A stretch of DNA of 64,000 nt. Origin: Acidimicrobiia bacterium (GTDB lineage Bacteria; Actinomycetota; Acidimicrobiia; Spongiisociales; UBA5794). Under the pieces are notes generated by a model. That model did not search any database. It was given only the letters and a program-made list of their open reading frames with translations, and had not been told where the DNA came from. The position numbers were made by a program, and so were the translations under genes. Where the stretch lies: contig DATHUV010000004.1 of assembly GCA_035461905.1 (NCBI GenBank), positions 6,850 to 70,849 on the forward strand. The letters are read 5' to 3'. Shown here piece after piece: positions 9,122 through 16,826 of this stretch (position 1 is its first letter; each line of letters begins with the position of its first letter).

Positions 9122-10164
9122 CCACGACGCGCCAACCATCGGCGGCCCTGACCTCACTCGTCGTGAGCTCACGCTTCGTACCGGTGTACATCGCGCTCGC
9201 CCTGCTCGTCGTGGTCGCGTGGATCTGGGCGCCACAGACACTGTCGTCGGTACCGCTTCGTGCCATCGCACCGTACGGTGCCGTCCTCGGCGTCGCCGCG
9301 CTCGGGCAGATGCTCGTCATCATGACGGGCGGTATCGACCTCTCGGTGCCCGGAACGATGAGCCTCGCGGCCGTGATCATGGTCGGCGTGGGAGCCGGGG
9401 CCGACGAGAACCTCGGACGCGCGGTAGCGATCGCGCTCGCCGCCAGCGCCATCGTTGGGCTGTTCAACGGCATCCTCATCGGGGGTCTCAAGCTCAACCC
9501 GCTGATCGTCACCCTCGCCGTCGGGTCGATCGTCACCGCACTCGTGTTCAGGTACGCCAACACCTTCACCGTCCAGAATCCGGTACCTGGGGGACTGACC
9601 GCCTGGACCACCAACCGGATCTGGGGACTCAGCGCGGTGTTCTGGCTGGGACTCGCGGTCACCGTGATCGTCAGCCTCGTGCTGCGCTACACGACCGCGG
9701 GGCGCCGGTTCCAGGTTGTGGGTGCCAACCCGGTGGCTGCGAATGTGCTCGGCGTTCGTGTCACCACGAACCAGGTCATGGCGTACGTATTCGCGGCGCT
9801 GCTGTACGCGGCTGCGGCGATCGCTCTCGCAGGCCTCCTGCGACGCCCGGGGGCGTCCGTCGGGACGCAGTACCTCCTCGCCCCGATCGCCGCCGTTGTC
9901 ATCGGCGGCGCCTCCCTGACCGGTGGGCTGGCAAGCGCGTTCTCCACCTTCACGGCGGGGCTGTTCCTCACCGGCCTCAACCAGATGATGCTCACGATGG
10001 GCCTCCCCACCTCACTCCAGTTCGTCGTGTTCGGCCTCGTCATCATCGCCGGCATGTTGGTCTCCGGAGATCGGATCACGAAGGGCGTGGAGCAGCTGCT
10101 CCGAGAACGAAGACGCCCGACCCGCTCGGAGGTGGAAGAAATACTGACCCCAATGAACGAATGA
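9118..10164 (+). CDS. ABC transporter permease, CUT2 (ribose/nucleoside-type, RbsC/NupB-like)
   Basis: About 9 TM segments and the GGIDLSVP motif typical of CUT2 permeases. GTGA overlap with the upstream gene. Confidence 0.8.
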   Translation: MTTTRQPSAALTSLVVSSRFVPVYIALALLVVVAWIWAPQTLSSVPLRAIAPYGAVLGVAALGQMLVIMTGGIDLSVPGTMSLAAVIMVGVGAGADENLGRAVAIALAASAIVGLFNGILIGGLKLNPLIVTLAVGSIVTALVFRYANTFTVQNPVPGGLTAWTTNRIWGLSAVFWLGLAVTVIVSLVLRYTTAGRRFQVVGANPVAANVLGVRVTTNQVMAYVFAALLYAAAAIALAGLLRRPGASVGTQYLLAPIAAVVIGGASLTGGLASAFSTFTAGLFLTGLNQMMLTMGLPTSLQFVVFGLVIIAGMLVSGDRITKGVEQLLRERRRPTRSEVEEILTPMNE

Positions 10165-10243
10165 GGCGAGAAAGGAGACTCGCAACCACGGCGCACCGAA
10201 CGGCGAGCGCCGGAGAACGACCCTGACCCTACTGGAGGACGAA

Positions 10244-11626
10244 ATGAGACACTGGAAGATCATCGCGCTGCTCGCTGTGTTCGCACTCGTGGTCGCCGCA
10301 TGTAGCAGCGACAGTGAGTCGACGACCACGACCGCGGGCGGCGAAGAAACGACCACGACCGCTGGCGGCGAAGAGACGACCACGACCGCTGGCGGCGAGG
10401 AAACGACCACGACTGCAGGCGGCGGGGAGGGCCCGTTGGCGCAGTTCGGGGAGAGCACCGACGCAGACCAAGCACTCGTCGACAAGGCCCTCGGCCCGGT
10501 CGATCCGTCGGACGAGGCGAGCTGGAACATCATCCTCGCCTCGATCGCACGAGTCGAGCAGGAAGTCGATCAGGCCACCATCGACAAGGCGCTGGAATGC
10601 CTCAACAACCAGCAGTGTGACACCGGCACTGGCGGAGCAGTGGTCATGGGCTACGCCGACGGCGGTGGAGACACCGTGAACGTCTGGCGTGCAGTGAGCC
10701 ACATGGAGGCGATCCTCCAGGCACTGACCTATCCGGAGATCGGCACGATCATCTCGACCGAGGCGAACTTCGATCCCGATCCGAATGTCGCAGCGAACGA
10801 CATCCGATTCCTCATCAGCAGCGGCGTCGACTTCATCGTCGGGTACCCGGATGCCGGAATCGCCATCGCCGATGCGGTCAAGGAGGCTGACGACGCAGGT
10901 ATCCCCTACGTATCGTTCTCCGCAGGGTGGGTCGGTCTGCCAGACCAGGACGGTGCCCTCATCCCCGGTGAGGACTACCTGACGGTCGTGGGTGAAGACC
11001 TGTGCGCGCTCGGAGAGAGCTTCGCGGAGGTCATCAACACGAACGCCTCGGGCGAAGCGGCGGTACTCGGCGGGACGCCGGGCAATGCACTGTCGTTGGG
11101 ATGGCAGCGATGCATCTTCCCGGCCTTCAGCGATTCGATCACCGCGGTGAACCCTCCGCCGAACGACGACACGACGGTCGGCGACACCTTCTGGTTCGAT
11201 CCGGCGATCCCCGGTGTGTTCCAGGGACTCCTCACCACGAATCCAGAGATCCGTGGTTGGGCCTACGAGTACTCGGACGGCATGAACACGGGTCTCACGG
11301 TGTACGAGGATCTCGGCATCCCTGTCGAGAACCTCACGGTTGCGTTGCGTACCGACGAGCAGACCCTGTTCTGTGACTGGGTGGATCGCAATGAGCCGAC
11401 GTACAACATCTGGTATTCAGCGGGAGGCAACTTCCAGTCTCGGGTCGGGGTGACCGCAGCGATGATCGCGTTGCAGGATCCCAGCGTGATTCCTGCGGAG
11501 ATCGTCGTGCCCCACGTGATGCGGCAGGTGACGGCGGCCGACTGCAACCCGGATCGACCGAACCCGTTCGTGTCCGGGACGTCGCTCGTGCCCGACGCGG
11601 TGCTCGAGTTGATGTTCGCCGGCTGA
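10244..11626 (+). CDS. ABC transporter substrate-binding lipoprotein (PBP type I-like) with N-terminal tandem-repeat linker
   Basis: Signal peptide plus lipobox (LVVAAC). Four copies of TTTTAGGEE follow the lipid-anchored Cys. The remainder resembles periplasmic sugar/nucleoside-type binding proteins. Confidence 0.7.
   Translation: MRHWKIIALLAVFALVVAACSSDSESTTTTAGGEETTTTAGGEETTTTAGGEETTTTAGGGEGPLAQFGESTDADQALVDKALGPVDPSDEASWNIILASIARVEQEVDQATIDKALECLNNQQCDTGTGGAVVMGYADGGGDTVNVWRAVSHMEAILQALTYPEIGTIISTEANFDPDPNVAANDIRFLISSGVDFIVGYPDAGIAIADAVKEADDAGIPYVSFSAGWVGLPDQDGALIPGEDYLTVVGEDLCALGESFAEVINTNASGEAAVLGGTPGNALSLGWQRCIFPAFSDSITAVNPPPNDDTTVGDTFWFDPAIPGVFQGLLTTNPEIRGWAYEYSDGMNTGLTVYEDLGIPVENLTVALRTDEQTLFCDWVDRNEPTYNIWYSAGGNFQSRVGVTAAMIALQDPSVIPAEIVVPHVMRQVTAADCNPDRPNPFVSGTSLVPDAVLELMFAG
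10322..10429 (+). repeat. 4 x 27-nt near-perfect tandem repeat encoding (TTTTAGGEE)x4 inside the SBP gene
   Basis: The units acgaccacgaccgc[g/t]ggcggcga[a/g]ga[a/g] are directly visible and differ by only 1-3 substitutions each. Confidence 0.9.
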
Positions 11627-11655
11627 CCGATGAAGGCGTCCCCGAAGGAGGGTCG

Positions 11656-13245
11656 ATGACCGACGAGCTCGTCCTCGAGCTGGAGGGTGTGTCCCGCCAG
11701 TTCGGCGCGGTCCGTGCGCTGACCGATGTCAGCTTCGACTGCCGCGCTGGCGAGGTTCACGCCCTCGTTGGCGAGAACGGCTCCGGAAAGTCGACCCTCC
11801 TCGGGATCGCCAGTGGATTCGTGGATCCGGATCTCGGCACGATCCGGATCGGTGGCCAGCGCCTGCGCCGGGACTCCCCGGCGCAGGCGCGCAAGCTCGG
11901 GCTCGCCATGGCGTACCAGGACACCTCCCTGGTCCTCCCCGAGCCCGTGAAGAACAACCTGTATCTCGCGGCACCTGCGAGCAAGCGGCCGCCGTACTGG
12001 CAGCGCAAGAAGTGGGCACGAAAGCTGCTCGCCGATTTCGAGCTCGATCTCGAGCTGTTCCCTGACGCCCCGGCAGGGTTCCTCACCCTCGCCGACCGAC
12101 AGCTGTTCGAGGTCGCAAAGGCGTTGGTCACGGACCCGAAGGTGTTGCTGCTCGATGAACCGACCACCGCGCTCGGACCGGATGAGGTCGAGGCGCTGCA
12201 CCGAACGATCTCAGCGTGCCGTGACCGCGGGATAGGAGTGGTGTACGTGAGCCACCGCCTCCCGGAGGTGCTCGAGATCGCCGACAGGATCACCGTCCTG
12301 CGTGACGGTCGGTACCAGGGCACGTTCGACGCCCACGCAACCACCGAGGAGGGGCTCGTCGAGCTGATCGTCGGAAGGCCGTTCGAATCCGCCTTCCCGC
12401 ACCCGGCGCCCGCCACCTACGAGCCTCGCGATGTCCTGGTCGTCGACGGGCTCCAGGGGGAGGCGTTCGGCCCGGTCAGCTTCACACTCCACAGCGGCGA
12501 GGTGGTCGGAATCGCAGGAGCCGAGGGCAACGGTCAGGACCTGATGTTCGACACCCTGGCAGGACGCACCCCACCAAGGGCCGGGCGCGTCGTGTGCGAT
12601 GGCAAGGAGTTGAGCCTCGTGTCCACGCACGAGGCGGTCGGGGCGGGTATCCAGCTGCTCCCTGGCGACCGCAAGCACCAGGCCCTCATGGGGGTCCTCG
12701 GCGTTCGGGTGAACGCGACCATCCAGTCGCTCCGCAGGTTCAGCGTCGCCGGCATCCTCCGACGCGGCGCCGAGCGAAAGAGCGTAGAGGAGCTGGTCGA
12801 CGAGCTCGCGATCCGAACGCCATCGCTCGAACAGCCGGTCGAATTCCTCTCCGGTGGGAATGCACAGAAGGTTTCGGTATCACGGACGTATCTGCGGGAG
12901 CCTTCCGTGATCCTCGCATTCGAACCCACCCAGGGTGTTGACGTCGGGTCCCGGTTCGACATCTACCAGGCCCTCCGAAGCCGCACGAACACGGGTGCAG
13001 CGATGCTCGTGAAGTCCAGCGACCCGATCGAGCTGTCGGGGTTGTGCGACCGTGTGCTCGTGATGTCCCGTGGGCAGATCGTCGAGGAGATTCCTGGCGA
13101 TGAGCTTTCCGAGCACCGCATCGTCGAGGCGATCGTCCGCGGGCCTGGCATGTCGAAGGCCGCCAGATCCCCACTGGGTGTTGCAATGCCGAAGGCATCG
13201 TCGCCGTCGGGCAACGGCAGCGGACCACACGAGGGCGCACCATGA
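11656..13245 (+). CDS. ABC transporter ATP-binding protein with two fused ATPase domains (RbsA/NupA-like, CUT2)
   Basis: Walker A GENGSGKST in domain 1, LSGG signature, second degenerate ABC domain; 529 aa. Confidence 0.85.
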   Translation: MTDELVLELEGVSRQFGAVRALTDVSFDCRAGEVHALVGENGSGKSTLLGIASGFVDPDLGTIRIGGQRLRRDSPAQARKLGLAMAYQDTSLVLPEPVKNNLYLAAPASKRPPYWQRKKWARKLLADFELDLELFPDAPAGFLTLADRQLFEVAKALVTDPKVLLLDEPTTALGPDEVEALHRTISACRDRGIGVVYVSHRLPEVLEIADRITVLRDGRYQGTFDAHATTEEGLVELIVGRPFESAFPHPAPATYEPRDVLVVDGLQGEAFGPVSFTLHSGEVVGIAGAEGNGQDLMFDTLAGRTPPRAGRVVCDGKELSLVSTHEAVGAGIQLLPGDRKHQALMGVLGVRVNATIQSLRRFSVAGILRRGAERKSVEELVDELAIRTPSLEQPVEFLSGGNAQKVSVSRTYLREPSVILAFEPTQGVDVGSRFDIYQALRSRTNTGAAMLVKSSDPIELSGLCDRVLVMSRGQIVEEIPGDELSEHRIVEAIVRGPGMSKAARSPLGVAMPKASSPSGNGSGPHEGAP

Positions 13246-15698
13246 CCTCGCGCGTCGATTCTGCTCGCCGGGCGGTCCGCAAGGTCGTGCGCGATGCCCG
13301 CGACAAGAACAAGTGGCGCAAGATCGTCAAGTTCCGCCTCTGGATGCCCGTGGTGCTCCAGGTCCTGCTGATCGGCATCCTCTTCTGGTACGGGACCACA
13401 CAATCGCAGGGATTCGCGACGAGCGAGAACATCACACGGATCCTGCTGCTCGCCGTGCCTCTGATCATCGTCACGGCGGGCCAGATCAACGCGCTCCTCG
13501 TCGGCTACCTCGACCTGTCCGTGGGAGCGATGATCAGTCTCGGTGTCGTCCTGGCTTCGTTCCTCATGGGATCGGACGCCTCAGGGTTCGAGATCGCAAT
13601 CGCCGCCGGGGCGATCATGCTCAGCGGAGCCGCGCTCGGTGCCGTCAACGCGGGTCTGATTCGGGGGGTGAAGATCCCCTCGATCATCGCGACCTTGGCG
13701 ACCCTCAGCATCGTCAACGGCATCGCACTCACCATGCGCCCGACAGCCCAGGGTGTCATCAACGGTGAGTTCGTCAGCTTCCTCAAGACAAGCGTCGGAC
13801 CGATCCCGGTGTCGTTCATCGTCGCCCTGGTTGCAGTCGGCCTCGCCGATCTGTGGCTCCACGCGTCCGGCAGCGGACTCGAACTCCGAGCGACCGGATT
13901 CGACGAGCGCTCGGCAAAGCGGGGCGGCGTTCCCACGACCTGGGTTCGGGTGCGGGCCCTGCTGCTTTCAGGAGTCCTCGCGGCACTCGCATCCTTCTTC
14001 GTCATCGCTGCACAGTCCCCGGTGGGAAATGCCCAGATCGGGGGCCCGTACACCCTTCGGTCGATCACCGCAGCGGTCCTCGGAGGTGCCGCCATCGCCG
14101 GAGGACGCGCCACGTTCGTCGGTGGGACCGTCGCGTCGGTCCTGCTCGCACTCATCCTCACGATCCTGCCGTACATCGGCTGGTCGAATGAGGACGCCGG
14201 CCTGATCATCGGACTGCTCGTCCTCATCGGGATCATCATCTTCCAACTCGGAGACCTCAAGGAGCTGGTCAAGCGCAACTACAAGCGAGCGCGCCGACTG
14301 ATCCAGGGAAGCCGCCCCCCAAACGTGGCGGACCTCCCCGTGCTCTACCCAACGGGCTCGGACTTCAGCGTCGTACCGACCGACCGGAAGCTCATCCGTG
14401 GGGGCACGATCCTGTCACAGGATCCGAACGTCGGCGACCTCGCCGTGGGGGATGTCCTCATCGACGGCGACACAATCCTCGAGATCGGACCGACGATCAC
14501 GGCGGACAACGCCGAGGTGATCGACGCCGCGGGGATGATCGTCATGCCCGGATTCGTCGACACGCACCGCCACATCTGGGAGGGCCTGTTGCGAAACATC
14601 GGGACGGACGTCCCCTTGGAGGGCCGCACCAGCTACATCTCGTTCGTCCTCCACAAGCTAGCGCCCGCATTCCGCCCGGAGGACGCCTACGTCGGGAACC
14701 TGATCTCATGCCTCGGCGCGATCGACGCCGGTGTCACGACTCTCCTCGACTGGTCCCACATCCAGGGATCTCCCGCCCACACGGACGCCGTGATCGAGGC
14801 CCTCGAGGACTCGGGGATCCGGGCCGTGTTCGCCTACGGGTTCCCGTGGTGGGGCAAGTGGGAGGAACGACAGCCGAGCTGGTTCGTCCGGGCGGCGACC
14901 GAGCACTTCGCAACGAAGGACCAGATGCTGACGCTTGCGCTGGCAGCACCAGGACCCGAGTTCACCGACTTCGAAATCACGAGGGATCACTGGAAACTCG
15001 CACGCGAGACGGACGCCCGGATCACCACCCATGTCGGGGTCGGGTCCTACGGCCAGGACGGCAAGGTCCAGGAGTTCGGGGAGGCAGGACTCCTCGGGCC
15101 TGACAGCACCTACATCCACTGCACCACGCTCAACGACACAGAGATCCAGATGATCGTCGACTCGGGGGGCACGGTCTCGTTGGCCTCACCGGTGGAGATG
15201 ATGATGGGTCACGGCATGCCCCCGATCCAGAAGTTCCTCGACAGGGGCCTTCGTCCGAGCCTCAGCGTCGACGTCGAGACGAACGTGCCAAGCGACATGT
15301 TCAACCAGATGCGGTCCGTGCTCGCCCTCCAGCGTGGCATGGCAGTTGCAGAGGGGAAGGATCCCATCGGGCCATCGGACGTGCTTGAGTACGCAACCGT
15401 GGAAGGGGCGAGGGCGAACGGACTCGACCACAAGACGGGTTCCCTCACACCCGGCAAGCAGGCCGACGTCATCATGCTAAGAACGGATCGGATGAATGTG
15501 ACGCCGCTCAACGATCCGGCAACTGCGGTCGTCGTCGGCATGGACACCGGCAATGTGGACACGGTCCTCATCGCGGGTCGAGTCATGAAGCGCGGTGGAC
15601 GACTCCTCCATGTCGACTGGCGAGCGACGATGAAGGCCGCCGAGGAGGCGAGGGAATACGTCATCGAGAAGTCGGGCTTCAAGCTCCCCAAGATCTGA
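13242..15698 (+). CDS. fusion protein: CUT2 ABC permease (aa ~1-350) joined in-frame to an amidohydrolase (aa ~367-818)
   Basis: Continuous 818-aa ORF. The N-terminal half is a polytopic permease paralogous to 9118..10164; a ~25-aa linker follows (SRPPNVADLPVLYPTGSDFSVVPT). The C-terminal half is an amidohydrolase with intact PGFVDTHRH, HV, IHC, SVDVET ligands and a GSLTPGKQADVIMLRTD tail. An in-frame GTG at 14340 could also give a stand-alone amidohydrolase. Confidence 0.75.
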   Translation: MTSRVDSARRAVRKVVRDARDKNKWRKIVKFRLWMPVVLQVLLIGILFWYGTTQSQGFATSENITRILLLAVPLIIVTAGQINALLVGYLDLSVGAMISLGVVLASFLMGSDASGFEIAIAAGAIMLSGAALGAVNAGLIRGVKIPSIIATLATLSIVNGIALTMRPTAQGVINGEFVSFLKTSVGPIPVSFIVALVAVGLADLWLHASGSGLELRATGFDERSAKRGGVPTTWVRVRALLLSGVLAALASFFVIAAQSPVGNAQIGGPYTLRSITAAVLGGAAIAGGRATFVGGTVASVLLALILTILPYIGWSNEDAGLIIGLLVLIGIIIFQLGDLKELVKRNYKRARRLIQGSRPPNVADLPVLYPTGSDFSVVPTDRKLIRGGTILSQDPNVGDLAVGDVLIDGDTILEIGPTITADNAEVIDAAGMIVMPGFVDTHRHIWEGLLRNIGTDVPLEGRTSYISFVLHKLAPAFRPEDAYVGNLISCLGAIDAGVTTLLDWSHIQGSPAHTDAVIEALEDSGIRAVFAYGFPWWGKWEERQPSWFVRAATEHFATKDQMLTLALAAPGPEFTDFEITRDHWKLARETDARITTHVGVGSYGQDGKVQEFGEAGLLGPDSTYIHCTTLNDTEIQMIVDSGGTVSLASPVEMMMGHGMPPIQKFLDRGLRPSLSVDVETNVPSDMFNQMRSVLALQRGMAVAEGKDPIGPSDVLEYATVEGARANGLDHKTGSLTPGKQADVIMLRTDRMNVTPLNDPATAVVVGMDTGNVDTVLIAGRVMKRGGRLLHVDWRATMKAAEEAREYVIEKSGFKLPKI

Positions 15699-15833
15699 AC
15701 CCTGCGACATCCTCCTCGACGTCGACCCTTGGAAAAGCGCCGTTGGGGGTTTGAACGGATCGCTCCAGAACCCACTCGTCGACCGAGGTGATCCCGCGTA
15801 GGATCCGGGGAACACGAGCGACAGGGGTGATCC

Positions 15834-16766
15834 ATGCGAGTCGGACGATCCATGATCGATGTCGTCGGCGGCACCCCGGTGGTGCAGCTCCGCGAAGTGG
15901 TGCCCAGCGATGCGGCGGACGTGTTCGTCAAACTCGAGTGGTTCAACCCGACAGGGTCGTACAAGGACCGCATGGCACTCGCCATGGTCGAGGAGGCAGA
16001 GAAGCGGGGTGACCTCCGCCCCGGCATGACCGTCGTGGAGTACACCGGTGGCAGCACCGGTTCGTCCCTCGCCTACGTGTGCGCAGCGAAGGGGTATCGG
16101 TTCAAGGTCGTGTCATCGGATGCGTTCGCTTCCGAGAAGCTCAACACGATGCTGGCGTTCGGCGCGGATCTGACGATCGTCCCGAGCGACGGTGGGAGGG
16201 TCACACCCGACCTGACACCACGCATGATCGCAAAGGCCGCCGAGTACGCCGCCGAGCCCGACACCTACTGGACGAACCAGCTGTCCAACGCAGACTCGAT
16301 CGTCGGCTACCGCAAGATCGGGGAGGAGCTCCTCGCCCAGATGGACCGCCCCATCGACGTGTTCTGTGCGGCAGTGGGAACCGCCGGGCTCACGATGGGA
16401 GTCTCCTCTGCGCTCTCCGACGGCGGTTCGTCGGCCCGCATCGTGATCTTCGAGCCCGCATCGACGCCGTTCATCACACAAGGGCGTGCGGGAACCCATC
16501 GCGTCGAGGGCATCGGCATCGGATTCATGCCGCCACTGCTCGACACCGACCGGTTCGACGAGGCCCGGGCCATCGACGAGGCCGACGCACGGGAGATGGC
16601 GCGACGGCTCGCCGCAGAGGAGGGCTTGCTGGCTGGCACATCGAGCGGCCTCAACGTGTACGGCGCGATCGAGATCGCCAAGGAGCTCGGACCGGGACAC
16701 ACCGTCGTGACCGTGGCGTGCGACACGGGGCTCAAGTACCTCGCAGGCGACCTCTTCGCACCGTAA
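15834..16766 (+). CDS. PLP-dependent cysteine synthase-family enzyme (CysK/CysM/CBS-like)
   Basis: PLP-lysine motif NPTGSYKDRMA and glycine-rich GGSTGSS loop; 310 aa. Confidence 0.8.
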   Translation: MRVGRSMIDVVGGTPVVQLREVVPSDAADVFVKLEWFNPTGSYKDRMALAMVEEAEKRGDLRPGMTVVEYTGGSTGSSLAYVCAAKGYRFKVVSSDAFASEKLNTMLAFGADLTIVPSDGGRVTPDLTPRMIAKAAEYAAEPDTYWTNQLSNADSIVGYRKIGEELLAQMDRPIDVFCAAVGTAGLTMGVSSALSDGGSSARIVIFEPASTPFITQGRAGTHRVEGIGIGFMPPLLDTDRFDEARAIDEADAREMARRLAAEEGLLAGTSSGLNVYGAIEIAKELGPGHTVVTVACDTGLKYLAGDLFAP

Positions 16767-16826
16767 CCGGGCGCAGGCATCACCCTCCCGAACGGTCGCG
16801 AGGCGCCCTGCGCGTCGCTGGCTCGA

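Noticed and set aside
14340-15698. Calling the amidohydrolase part of the fusion as a separate gene
   Set aside because: There is no stop codon between the permease and hydrolase parts and no convincing RBS before the in-frame GTG at 14340, so the continuous 818-aa reading is kept as primary and the internal start is noted only as an alternative.
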